Assembly: GCA_964187785.1 (NCBI GenBank)
Contig: OZ076409.1
Location: 23,686,001 to 23,750,000 of the forward strand
Reading direction: 5' to 3'
Length of the DNA: 64,000 bases
Source of the DNA: Amphiscolops sp. MND2022
Taxonomy: Eukaryota
The notes under the pieces were generated by a model. It had not been told where the DNA came from and searched no databases. It was given only the letters and a program-made list of their open reading frames with translations. The position numbers and the translations under genes are program-made. Positions 49,799-62,644 of the stretch are shown here, one piece after another. How positions within the stretch are numbered: position 1 is the stretch's first letter; each line of letters begins with the position of its first letter.

Positions 49799-52700
49799 TG
49801 TCACAGCCCGCTCCCGGTCTGGGTTGCAGCTGCAAAAGAGTTGGGATTGGAGGAGGGCACGGATGCAACCGGCGATTTCCAAGATGGTATTTTAACTATT
49901 AACTTGAAAACTTTAAACCTTAACTTTGAAATAAACTGTGACTCAGAATGTAAAACGTACGTTTACATTGCGCAAACTTTGAATGAAAATGAAAACAGAA
50001 AATGAAATGAGCCAAAATGATTTCACGCATTTCCGGTAAGACGTATTTGCCACGTCAAAATAGCAACATTCGCCACCTGAAAACTAAATTAAAACACGTT
50101 CCAAAATAAGGAAATCATAGTCTAATCTGAATGAAAACACGTCCAAAATCATCTCCAAAAAGAACATCAATCAGATGTAAAATAGAAAATACACTGAGAT
50201 GGCACGCCAAAGAAACTAAGCCTTTTCTAAGAAAGGCAACTTAATTACTCTTTGAACAGCAATTAGTTTGGTTTAGGACGTCAATATTACGCTGAGTAAA
50301 CAAAGCGACGGAGGAAATAAGAATACATGTATATTTGTCGTCAGCAAGACGCAGACAAGTTTGAAGGCATACCAATTGACGTCACTGCCTCGACTATGCG
50401 TACCAGAAAACCATTCCAATTATCCGCCTATACTAATAGCATTACTAGAAATCATTCCAATTCACCGCAACTGTGACGTCACAGCGCCGGCAGCTAGCTA
50501 GAAAGCCTTTCTTAAAATACTCGTCAGTATTGCGTCAAACTAGTCAAAATCTCTATTTTGCCAAGAAAACTCGTCAACATGACGTTGACAAGTTTACGAG
50601 AATGGACAAAATGAAAGAATTCGCCAGCTCAGTCAAGTTTTCATTGCACTAAGGCCATTATTTCCTAGGGAAAGGAAATTGCAGGCTATTTCAAATTGTA
50701 AAACAAGCGTATTGCTAATATTCCACGATTTGAAATTCTGACTTAAGGTGTATTTGACACGCATAGGATAGTTCAAATCCACGTCAATTAATCGTCATGT
50801 ATTTTTAACAATAAGGGAATTTCCTTCCATAAGCCATTTTCATTACAAGATTTCATAGTAGAATAGTCAGGAAGTCACAGTTTACGCCCTCAACTAAAGT
50901 GTATTTTGTACAGAAGATGTATTTTGCATTTTTGTAACCGACGATTTCAGACGCTATTCTATAATTATGATTGTGATCATGTTTTTATACCAGTTCATTG
51001 TTGATTTTCATAAAATTCATTATGTCGCCGTTGCTGTCAAACAAATGTTGCTGTTACTCTTGTGAAATTTGTCGCACTTGCCGCGACGAGCCAAATTTGT
51101 TAATGGTGTATTGTTTCAATACCATGACTTTTAATTCTATTCCCAACGAAAAGAATGAGTCCAAATTCATAAAATGTCGTCTTAGCATCGTTCAAATAAT
51201 CCTGCTTTGGAATTAGTCATAGCATTTTGATCGAACCGAATTTCAAAATCAGGTGTTTGTTGACGTTGACAAGTTTATGAAGCTAAATTCTGCCAAGAAA
51301 ACTCGTCAACATGACGTTGAGAAATTTATGAAATTGGATGATTTAGGTAAAACCGCTCTACTAAACTAAAGAAATTACGCTAATGTAACGTTAAGAACCT
51401 ATCAAATTCAGTTGTTTTGAATTTCCAGGATAGAGATATGAATACTTATCCAAATAAAGTCAATATGGGGAAAATATTTGTTCTGAACCAGTCCTTATTA
51501 AAAGAATGATGGCGTAACGATTTGCGTCAGTCTCCCGACAATTAAAATATTGTTCACCTGAAAACTACAGTAGAAAATGTTTTTTTGACTGGAATTTTTC
51601 AGTACTCTGTAGAAATAAAAGTCACAGTTTATACTCTTGTTAATAAACAAGTAACTATGGTTTTGTTACACGAGACATTTTTGTACACTCCAACAGTGTT
51701 GTGAAGTTCAGATTTGCTACCTGTTAATTTGTACTAGCTCATTTTGTATAACGTTAACTGTTATTTTTCATGAATATGATCATCAATGCTGGAACGCACT
51801 AACAGCAAAAACGCTGTATTTGATGTTTTGTTGTTATAGTTGTTACTTTTGTAAAACTTGTCGCACTTGTCGCGACATGCCAAAATTGTTGATGGTGAAT
51901 GTATTTAGTATTGCGATTCTAATCTTATTCCCAACGAAAAGAGTGAGTCGAAATCCATAAAAATATTGTCCTAGCATCGTTGAAATAATCCTGACTTGGA
52001 ATTATTCACAGCATTTTGGTCAAACCGAATTTCAAAATCAGGCATTAGTTGTTCACGTCAGCGTCATCTCAGCGTCAATTTCCCGCGAACCGAGGCAGCA
52101 AAACAGGGAATTATTTCCGGTTAGACAGACTGAAGTAATATCTACTTCCTGCTCGGGAGGTAGCAAAAGGACGCCGGGATGAAATGATATGAACATGTTT
52201 GATGACTAATACTAAATGAAGCTCGTCGTGTCTTAAAATTTGACGAAAAGTCGACGTAAATTTAGGATCTTCGTGATTTTTCGTCGACAAATTAGGAAAT
52301 GACTAATTGTTCGAGGGAAATTAGGGATTACAGTCGTGATCAAATGATGCTGGGAGGGTATAAAGACGGTAAAATTTGATGATTGAGGGACTCAGTCTTT
52401 TCCAATTTTGAAAATCAGTTATCTCATAACTTGTTCAATTTTCCAATTCTCAATCTCAACTTTGTTGAAAAAACTTCGAAAGTAAATTGAACTGTTCAAA
52501 ATCAATTTCTCTCTACATCAAAATGTCTACTACTAGAAGTCAGAGAAGAAGAAACAATCAACAAGAAGTTGTTGAAAACGTAAGTGAAGGTTTTGTTTCG
52601 CCAGTCATAGTCTGGACCAAGATGTAGACGTCGTCGGGTCAAAACCGAAATCCCCTAGGGTAGAAAACAGTGCCTTGGAGAGTTTGAGAGTCTCTTTAAA

Positions 52701-52909
52701 AGAGGAGATTACATCTGAGATCAAAAATCTCCTCATGGAGTCCCAAAGAGAAATGTTGAAGCTCCTAAGATCTGAAACATGAGAAAATGTAAGAAATAGC
52801 ACATTAGATGAAACGGAAAATGAAACAAGGTCTTTCCATACTTCGACGAAAATAGTACGAATCAACTCTACATCAAATCACGACTCTGACACGTATGTAA
52901 GTCGTAACA
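49799..52909 (+). mobile_element. Complete solo LTR, 3111 bp
   Basis: TGTCAC...GTAACA with perfect TSD CTACT (49794-49798 and 52910-52914); TATAAA at 52359; decayed frame from ATG 52523 to the LTR end; internal duplications (~51030-51260 vs ~51830-52040). Confidence 0.9.
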
Positions 52910-54064
52910 CTACTGAAGATTGCGATCAAAGAATTAAACGAATAAACTACAAATGATTGCATTTAAGCATTCAGTTACATTACATTTAAGCCATACTCAT
53001 TGGTGTTAATTGTTGGTACCTGCCTCTAATTGTAAAATTTCCGGATACATTCTTACAAAAGTATTGATTGGCAAATAAAGTGGGGACGAATTGCAGCTTT
53101 TAAAAATTGGGACAAATTATCGCTTTTTCAAAAAGGGACGAATTAACGCTTTGGACAAATTGTCGCTTCTTGGAATTTGGGACGAATTGTCGCCCTACAT
53201 AAAATCATATATCTGTATATCATCAACTTAAAATATGTAATGTTGGTTATAGGTGGTCTCAAAACATCCCAATTGGGTCTCGGAGTTACAATTGTTAACA
53301 CCTCTGGATTTCTCTGATTGGGGTTACGGATTGTTCAAACTAGTAAAAATTCAAGACAGTCTGATTAGAGTTCATCTAAAAATATCATTCTTAGAGCACT
53401 CGGATTAGAGTTCAAATATCTTAGTTTAGCATAAACTTAGCAGAATTATACGGGCAATAGTCGCCTACTTAGCAGTGTGAGTGAGTCTGTCTTGTCGTAC
53501 ATTGTCCGATGTAACTTTAAAAAAATTCTTTGGCCGCCCCGCGAAAAGTGAAATCCTGCGGCACGTTCGCCCATCCAACAATGCTTCTACCATTCGATGG
53601 TTTTTTGAATCGGCAACATATCAACAGATGCTCAAACAGAATCCAAATCAAAACAGAACCAAATCGCTGGACAACAAAATCACTGGAGGAACTACAATTC
53701 CAGAACAGTTTGAAAACCTTGAAATGAAACCTATTCGACAACCAGCCATTTCATGTTCTCAAAACGAAATTTTTCCTAGAGGCGCGAGAAGCTGAATGCG
53801 ATAACGAATGACTTAGCTGGCATTCTGGACACAAACAGGCTCGATGTGTACTTTTCAAAGCTTACAGGGGTATCAGATATTTATGAGCGAGTGAAAGTGC
53901 AAACAGAATGACGCAATATGACAACCAAACAGCAACAGTCTCGTCTCTATCATCAACGTGGTCATGACAACTACACTTCTTTGCCCATAGCTTCTCCAGC
54001 GGAGAGTGAAGATTCATTGTAAAAGTCATTGTAACGCCGTACGTACTGGCACGCCGACCTGCCT

Positions 54065-55904
54065 CAGGGTTGTGAATTATGGTATGGCCTGAATTGAAAC
54101 CTGAAAATACATTATGGCCCTATGCTTATCAGCAATCATAAATTATGACCATAATGGCCATATTATGGAAAATATGGAAAAACCAGATTACCATAGTGAA
54201 AAAATAAATAAACAAAAACATCAATTGTTTTTCAAGAAAGATTCGATGGTTTTGACATCCCAATGAGTTTTGTTTATGTTCAAGAAGATCTGTGACTCCA
54301 AACTCAATGGGTTTGTTCGTTTTCGGGAATCATTGAATATGTAACGCACAATACTAAACCAGCGTTCTGCGATATTGCTTGGACAAGGTACCCATTCTTG
54401 ATTGCTCTTACTATCCGTGTTGCCAGAAGGGTTCGTTCCACGAATGAGAGTTCACTGGGTTGGACTTCCACAGTTACTTCGAAACGATCCATAAAGAGTT
54501 GCTCGTCTTTGTTCAGTGACTGGCCATTACATTTCTTAGTTACAGCGCTTTCAAAAACTGATGAATGAACTATGGTAGATTGCTCAGTTGACAACGAAAG
54601 ACCTAAATAACGTTGAAGTTCAGGAAATTGTTCCAACAATGAGTCGAAAAGGGCCCGAGCATCACTAATTGGGACGGTATCCTTTTGTAAATGTTTTGAA
54701 ACGGACTAAAAATCTTTCAAAGTATTAAATAAAACACGTAGCCTTGCATCTTCAGCCGTTTTGTGGTCTTCTTCGTTATTTAGGACCAAAAAACTCAAAA
54801 GAGGACAAGTCGCTGATTTTTTGTCCGCTGCAGGGTAACATGCAAACATCCCCAAAAAGTAGGATGATGTGCTCATATCTGTCCATCCATCAAGAAGAAG
54901 ACCGATTGTTTTAGGCATGATTTCAGTTTTTTTCAACGGTTTTTGTCAATAAATCCAGATACTTTATGAAAAATGGTTGTGATATAGGCTCCAAGTTGGA
55001 ATATTTGCGTGTTCTTTCTTTTTCAACCATGCTGAAAGGGAGTCCTTCAATAATGACCCAGTCCATCCAACCAAATAAGTTGTTCACTTACTTACTACAC
55101 GAAGATAATGTAGAAAAATTCAGCGATCCCGAACATGAACCCAGGGGTGTTCAAATAAAAAACATAATTCCTCTGAATGGGGGATTAAATTTGGGCAGGG
55201 TAGTTTTTTTGTTAAAAGATCATTCAAGTCCTAAAAACGAAAAATTGGAACAACAGATTATTCCTGAGGTCCTAGTGATTCGATTTTAGACAACATGAAG
55301 ACAGACTTCGAGACGAGCTTTTGCAGTGAAGGGGGCCACCGTAAAAAACAGGGCAATATATTTTATTTTGTTTATTGGAATAATTTTCCCCGAAATTACT
55401 TTTTGAACACCCCTGCCTGAAACTGAAGGGTATTTCTGTTTTCCAGTCGGAGTGTGACAATGGTAAGTGAGTCATCAAGTTTTGGAAGCCTTTTTTAACG
55501 TCTTGTTGATAACGTGAACCACAAATAGAACACTTAAATGTTTTGTCTCCAGCAGAAGAAACCAATAGCTCAACGACTTGCTTGTTGCTAACCATCGTTA
55601 AACTTCCTTGAGTTAAAATTGTTAAAACTAAAGCAGGGAATCACTTAAAACAAACGTAACACTGAAATACAGGACAAGGGAGACACGAGTGTGTACTCCG
55701 TAGTCAAAATCACTGAACAAATATTGTTAAAACTAAAGAACAAACACGACAATTACGTAAACCATAAGTGCGAATGTTCCGCTATTATGGCCTAATGTGG
55801 CAAAAAGTGCTTTTCCGAAGCTATATTAGCTCTAGCACCAATCAATTATGGCAGATCATATTATGGCCATAATGGCCCTAAACCATTATTGTTTTACAAC
55901 GCTG
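54065..55904 (-). mobile_element. Decayed hAT transposon
   Basis: TIRs CAGGGTTGT / ACAACGCTG, subterminal TATGGCC repeats, BED finger CSIC..NLMTHLPLSH, LPFSMVE, LLLDGWTD. TSD not preserved. Confidence 0.85.
55142..55415. mobile_element. hAT-type MITE nested in the hAT transposase
   Basis: Perfect 14-bp TIR CAGGGGTGTTCAAA; flanks CATGAACC / CCTGAAAC (6/8). Confidence 0.8.
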
Positions 55905-57169
55905 GAAAGATCACAGCAAAACTTCTTTGAGTGTTCAAACAACAGAATGGGCTCCATCAGACAGTCATGCGACTGGTGAACAACAAAACCCAAAGATTCC
56001 GTCTCTGCTAAAGAATCTCTGCTGCTTGATTCAACGGCCCAATTTTGCAGAAAGTTCATGACGACAGACTTGATGTTCTGATCAGAAAACTGCATAATGA
56101 ATAATAAAGCGACGATGCTAATATAATAAGCTGCATTATGCAGTTTGTATGAAACAGCATATGCAGAATAATTATGACACCAGCTTGATGATTATTCAAG
56201 CAATGATGCTCATACATTGTGCTGCATTATGCAGTTAGCATAAAACAGCATATGCGGAAACAATTTATAAACTGCATATAAGGAAAATAATAAAAACATC
56301 GTAATTCATCTAATAGCCCGAGTTAATCTACCGCTTTCACCGCGCTATTTTTTGACTATCCAGGCCTTTTATTTCTTGTTTTTTGGACTTTTTTATTTCC
56401 TGACCCTAGGAAGATGACGTTATCATGACATGAGTAAAAACGGTGTTTGCAAGGTAATGCGAATTCCTTTGAGGTAATGAAAATGTTGACAGTAGTTTTG
56501 ACAGGAATTTAGGCAGTGAATTATCTGAATGCTTGCAAATCAGCAACGAGATAGAACTCGTTTCTCAAAGTCTAGTGGAGCAAAATCACGAAAATGACAC
56601 AAATTGAGAAACAACTGAATAACAATTTTGAAGAGATTAGAATCAAGGAAAAGTGTAACTTAAGAAGCAGAGAAAACGTTCCCGAGAACAGTTTGCCTCG
56701 TCTTTTTGACTCGGAAATCAAACATCTCAGAAAAAAAGACGCATCAAACACTGAAATCAATAAAAAAACTCAAACCTCCAACCCTCAGAAATGAACGAAA
56801 TATGACAATTCCGGCTACTTTTGGATTGATAAGAAATATTTGACGACACTGTCATAATTGATGGGGATACACCGGAAGCTGATTATCACAAGCCAAGTAT
56901 CACAAATGGATATTCAGATTTCGTACATGTGTCATCCGAATCAGCAGCCATGTTCTGTCGACGCAATCCAGCCACATTGCCTACCTTACCACCACACCAG
57001 CAACTACAACGAAGCCATAAAGGTCAACAAAACCATCAATTGCCTATTTTCAGACAACGTTCGCTAAACAACGTCCGACCTCTTTAACTAACAATTTTAA
57101 CCTCACTACTCACAACCAAAGATCGCGTTACCACACTAACAATTGGTAACGGCTTTTAACTGACATACT

Positions 57170-57960
57170 CCATCATTCATTTTGCCACATCTCACAGGTC
57201 CCATAATTGATCCTGATTCCCTACAGCAACACCAATGGACAAACACTTTAAACGCATTTGTTCATACGAATCAATCGATCACTGATGCTCATCGAATGAC
57301 TTATTCCCAGAATCGTGTCACTGTTAAAGCCAAAGACATTGTCAAGGCTATTTTTACAACAGCTTCTTACTCTGTTGCAGTTTCAGATGCAACAAACTGT
57401 TTGAAGACAAGAACTTCATTGCCATCTGTAAGGATCTCAACTATTGTTGAAACCGCAAGAGAGACTGGTCGTTGCAGAACGCACTGGAATTCTTCACAAG
57501 CCTCTAGTGTGAAAAGAAACAGAAACCGATTACCGGTTCCTGAAGCTGAAATGATCCGATTACGATTTATCGCCGGAATACGAGACATCGAATTTAAGCT
57601 CAATTTACGTGAAGCACTCAGAGCAAATGACAATTTGACAATTTGACGGCAGAAGAACTGCTTCAGCACATTCATTTTAGTTATCAGGCCAGACACGTTA
57701 CTGAGAGCTCATTGTATTAGTCAACCTCGAGTGTAGTTGCATATGCGGAGAAACTCGGCCCCAATCGCCAAACAAAATGGAGTCCTCGGCAGAAGCCTTA
57801 GCAGTGTGGACGATGTGGGGACCAAAGCCATTTCATTGTCGTGATGAGTGCCCTGTTAAAGGTAAGAATTGCAAATTTGTTCGAAGCAAGAACCCTACTA
57901 CTGAATGTGTAGAGCAGAAACAAAACGAGAAGTTTTCCGAACAGAGGGGAAAAATAAACG
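57170..57960 (+). mobile_element. Juxtaposed gag fragments: BEL/Pao-like then gypsy-like
   Basis: FVHTNQSITDAHRMTY..KAKDIV, then MIRLRFIAGIRD and CGRCG/H..ECPVKGKNC. Confidence 0.6.
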
Positions 57961-59718
57961 CCTCTGTGTACCATGCTTGTGAAGAACAAGAATCCGGATA
58001 TCCCTCCTGATCCGAAGATACCATGTTTTATACAGAAAAGATCGCAAATGTAGAAAACACTAATCACACTTGAAAAAAAATTGACTTTACTTGCATCAAT
58101 CTAACTAGTCATGACCTTCGAGTGCAAAAAGAGGCTGGGTTTTAGTTACCACAATCTCAACAAACATTTGAGAATTGGTTCTCCGACATTGAGCATTAAC
58201 CGTCCGACATTGAGATTTAACAATCACGAAGTGGAAGGATCAAAATTTTCTGCTAAGATTGCCTCACCTTCTGCATATTATCAAATAATGCTGGATGTTG
58301 AAGCGCAAGTTACTCCGATTACCTCAAGGAATGAGAAACGTATCTGGAGAGTTCCGGCAAACAATCAACAACCCCCTCGAATGATTGGTTGGAATGTTGT
58401 GTTCAAACTAGATTGAACCCGATCGCGGCATTTATTCAAGTCGAAATCTTCTCAATCTCCGTTCCCGCTAGGTTTTCGCACCTGTTCGACCTCGCTTAGC
58501 GAGATAGGAACATGAGCGGCCCAAAGGTGCCGCGGGGCACTAGAGGAAATGGGGATATATCCCAGGCACGTTTTATACTCTAGATCATTTTCAAATCGGG
58601 AGGTTTCATGCTGCCAGCCATATGTCGGTCCAAATTGTTTCAACCTGAACGCTAATTTTGACATTTCGATGCGAGGATTCGATCATTTTATTTTGGCTCC
58701 GCTATTTCGACCCCAGCTCATCGCTTGAAATTCGACCGAAAGTTTTCGACCCGATTCGTGTCACCCAACCCGATGACCGCCCTAAAAATAGAATCAAGTG
58801 AATACAGCCTACTCAAAGTGGTTTGGACGTAGAGAAATTTTGTGAATTGGTCAACTAGTATCCTGCATGTTCTAAATATGCAGAAACCGACCACGGACGG
58901 AGGAATCGGTCGAAACATGGCCAGACGCACAATCATAGGAGTGATGGCACATGGATTAGTCCTATATCCTAAAAAAAGACATTATCCTCATCGATGTCGA
59001 TGCTGGTTCTGGTTGGATAGAAATGTTCATTTACGGTGATCGCCCCACGGAAAAAAACCATACAGTTTCTGTCCGCTATTTTTTGGGGAAATCTAGAATC
59101 CCGCACACAACCGTGAGCTCATGAAATGTTTTAATTGTGGAATGGTAATCGCACTTTTGTGAAAATTTTCACCGGCAGTCAGCCACAATAACTTTTCAAT
59201 TGAACCGTTCTCTCTTCCTCATGAACTCTCCTCATCCCTTGCGAATTCCTTGTAGTTCTTTGGACTTATTTCAACTGGTTTTTGTATGGTTCCTCCGACC
59301 AATTTTGAACGGCAACTATTCAATAAACTTTCTCGGAAACAATCAGAGTTTTCTCTACGATTTTCTCGGAAATATTCGAAGTTGTTTCATTTACAAAAGC
59401 GCTTGAGAAATGGTTGAGTTCGACGAATGAACAGGAAAGTCCTCTTGATGGAACCCAGAAAAATGGACACAACCTGTCTTTGTCAGAACCGCCCATGACT
59501 TGATTTCTAGATTGGATGACAAACATCAAGGCAGATTCGGGTCTCAATCGCTGAACGTCCGTCCTTGTAAGATTCTAGGCCTGAAACTTTATGATGGGGC
59601 ACGGTAATAAGTTCGAACGCATAAGTTCGAATTTTAATTTCGAATGGACTAAATTCGAATTTTCCGAAATCCGGAACAAACTCGAATCACTGTTTTCGAA
59701 TTTTGAACTAACCGCCGT

Positions 59719-60225
59719 AAGTATAAAACGTGTCTCTGATCTTTCCCCTTTTCATCTAGTGTCCCGCGGCCTTTTGGGGCTGCTTATGTTCCCATCTTGC
59801 TAAGCGAGGCCGAACAGGAGTAAAGACCTAGGGGGAACGGAGATCGCGAAGCGATCTTAGTGGGAGCTGGTCTTTGCGACGGGAGTGTACGCCTTTGATC
59901 TAATTGCTTGGGTCTAATGGAATTAGATCCAACTGTTAGGTCTAACTTTCAGATCTAATTTTATCTAAAATACTTAGGTCTAACCCCTTTATGGTCTAAT
60001 CTGTGTTTTGAAAGCGAAAATATATTGTGCGGCATATGCGATGTATACACGCTCGTCCTCACCGTCGCAAAGACCAGCTCCCACTACGATCGGTTCGCGA
60101 TCTCCGTTCCCGCTAGGTCTTTGCTCCTGTTCGACCTCACTTAGCTAGATGGGTATATAAGCGGTCCCAAGGGGCAGCGGGGCTCTAGAGGAAATGGGGA
60201 CATATCCGATGCACGTTTTATACTT
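59719..60225. repeat. Inverted pair of about 170-bp probable LTR-end fragments; further pieces at 58456-58580 and 60405-60451
   Basis: AAGTATAAAACGTG..GGTCTTTGCGACGG (59719-59882) is mirrored at 60062-60225. Confidence 0.8.
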
Positions 60226-60614
60226 TATATCACATTTTAGTTTTAGATCCTAATTGACTTATTTTTTTTCTCAAATTAGATCAAATTAGAAGAGATTTTC
60301 AGACCTGAATATTTAGATCAGTTTTTTTAGATCTCAGTTTTGCCCCCTCTTAGATCTATTTCATTAGACCTGATTCCACGTAGCCAGACCTGATTCCACG
60401 TAGCCTTTGCGACGGTGAGGGCGAGCGTGCATACACCGCATATGCCCCACATTTGGATATTTCCGGGAATTGACATATCTATTTCTTGAGTTGGGATGGA
60501 GTTGGCTTAATTTTGTGGTCACTTTTAAAGCCAAATGACTCGACGAAAAAAATTAAGCCAAATGGTATTAAGCCAAGTGACTGGTAACCGAACTTATTGC
60601 CCGAAGCCTTGATG

Positions 60615-61080
60615 ATCAGCAACTTCGGATTTCAATTGGTTTACGTCTCGGAGCCAACATTTGTGTTGCGCATTTGTGCCCTTGTTGTAAAAGAGTTGAA
60701 CGGGACGGTTTACATGGTCTTTCTTGCACCAAGAGTGCTGGTCGCTTATCACGTCACGCTACTCTCAATTCTCTCATAAAGCAGACGTTAGGATCTCGAC
60801 TTGCCTTCAATGCTCGTACCGCCGGGACTGTACCGAACCGATGGCAAACGCCCAGACGGTTTTGCCATGATTCCTTGGGGAAGGGGTAAATAGCTGGTGT
60901 GGGATGTCCCGTTTAAGAATGCTCTCGCACCCATTCTGCTGAATCAAGGCTCTTTGTGCAACCCGGGAATCACCGCCACCGGGGCTGAAACGCGTAAAAT
61001 TGAGAAGTATCGCGAATTAATAGACAATGGTTACATTTTTCAACCGGTGGCCTTGGAAGTACAGGGTTCTTTAGGCGAGA
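60615..61080 (+). mobile_element. 3' fragment of an RLE-type (CRE-like) non-LTR retrotransposon
   Basis: CPCC..HGLSC..SRHATLN, DGKRPDG..IPW..GK*LVWDV, RKIEKY..FQPVALEVQGSLG: zinc knuckle plus PD-(D/E)xK endonuclease motifs. Confidence 0.75.
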
Positions 61081-61308
61081 GAACCTCTCTAAAAAAACCT
61101 CTATATCATTGTAGTTTTGAAAAAAATTCCAACGGTCGACTGGGATAGTGGCTGGTATGAGTAGTTTGCTGTTATTTTTGTTACTGGTCTACTGGGATAT
61201 TGGCTACTATGGGGTTCCCTGCGTTCGTTGCAGACCACGGGGGTGCCTATTCATACAGCAGAAAATGAAAATTTGGTCCCATACAGCCGAATTCAAATTA
61301 CTAGCTTT

Positions 61309-61544
61309 GGATTGCATGAAATAGGTCGAAAAGAATTAGGTCGACCCTTTTGGTCGAATAACTTAGGTCGAATTGGCGGAGGTCGAATGGACTTGGGTCG
61401 AAATCAATATGTTGTCTCCCTTGAACTTGGCATTTTTCAAGGTCGACCCAAGTCCATTCGACCCAATTCCGAAACGGTGAAGATTCGACCCATGGCACAG
61501 GAGGCCGATTCGACCCATTTCTTTCGACCCATTTCCGTTCACCC
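61309..61544. mobile_element. Mutator-like foldback MITE
   Basis: GGTCGAA repeats left, TTCGACC repeats right, perfect 9-bp TSD ACTAGCTTT. Confidence 0.8.
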
Positions 61545-62644
61545 ACTAGCTTTTAGTGCTGTTACAGCCAAAATGTTGGATTTTGATTTATTTGAAAAGG
61601 TTTGCATATTTGTTGTATGGCTCGGTCGCTTCGCTCCTGCATTCAGGGCACTAGGGGTATGTGAACATAGCTGACTACGTTATAATAGTAATTCCGACAA
61701 AATCTGACACGCGTTTTCAGCTTAGTGAATTCAATTCGATTTCAAATTTCAGCCAATCAGATTGCAATTGCTGTTTGGTACTTCGGCTGTTTGGGAATTC
61801 CCCACCACGGGTATGTGTCTTCCCCCAACATGATGATACACATGGCACTTGATTGATGACGAAGATCCATGGTATCTGATAGAGGGAAAAAATCAATAAG
61901 TTTTTGAGGACAGGCTCCGATGTTTCCATTTTTTTTCTGTTACTTCGCATTTCCAATTCACCTCGGATTTTCTTCTGATAAAGAATTTTTCAGTTGAAAA
62001 TGGCTCATTGGTTTCACAGAAATCCTTTGAAATCGACGGCAGATGTTGACTTCAGCGATCTTCTCAAAACCTGCACCGCCAAACAATCGATCAACATTGT
62101 GATGTTAGTTGTGAATAGGCTGCTGATTCGGTTCGCTGTTTTTTTAGTCGACACTTCATTTTTCCAACTTTTAGGTGTTCTTCCAAAAAATCCCAAATGG
62201 TTCCCTCCTTTTAGCGCGACTTTTTTTCGGGTACTGTAGAAGAGAATACTGGACACTTTGAAGTCCCTGTGCTATTTTTGAGCGTTAGACATGGCGCCAA
62301 CTTATACCGTTTCCGGCTTGTTTTTTTTCAGATATTGTGGGCAATGGTTCAGAATGTAATTGAATCTAGCTGGCTAAAACTCAGCATTCTTATATTGTTA
62401 TTCTGACCACGATCGTCTCCTACCTGTAGTGTCCTAAACGTATAAACGGAGCTCGTATCTTTGCTGGCCCTATAAATGACGAAGGTCGGCCGTAGCGAAG
62501 ATGATTAATGAAATAAATTTTTGTCATCTTTTACGATATATGCGGTACTTGATCCGAGCACATCAATTGTCGATTCAATTGGATAGTTCATTTTTGTTTC
62601 AGGGAGCATCTTCATTTCGATTCTTATGCCCCCTACATGATGAC

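Larger units (their letters stand above)
49036..53196. mobile_element. Outer foldback element interrupted by two younger insertions
   Basis: (AAGCGACAATTCGTCCCA)n at 49036-49140 and its reverse complement at 53083-53196. Confidence 0.75.

Noticed and set aside
61228..61674. 148-aa ORF
   Set aside because: Runs across a TSD-flanked MITE made of GGTCGAA repeats; no protein features.
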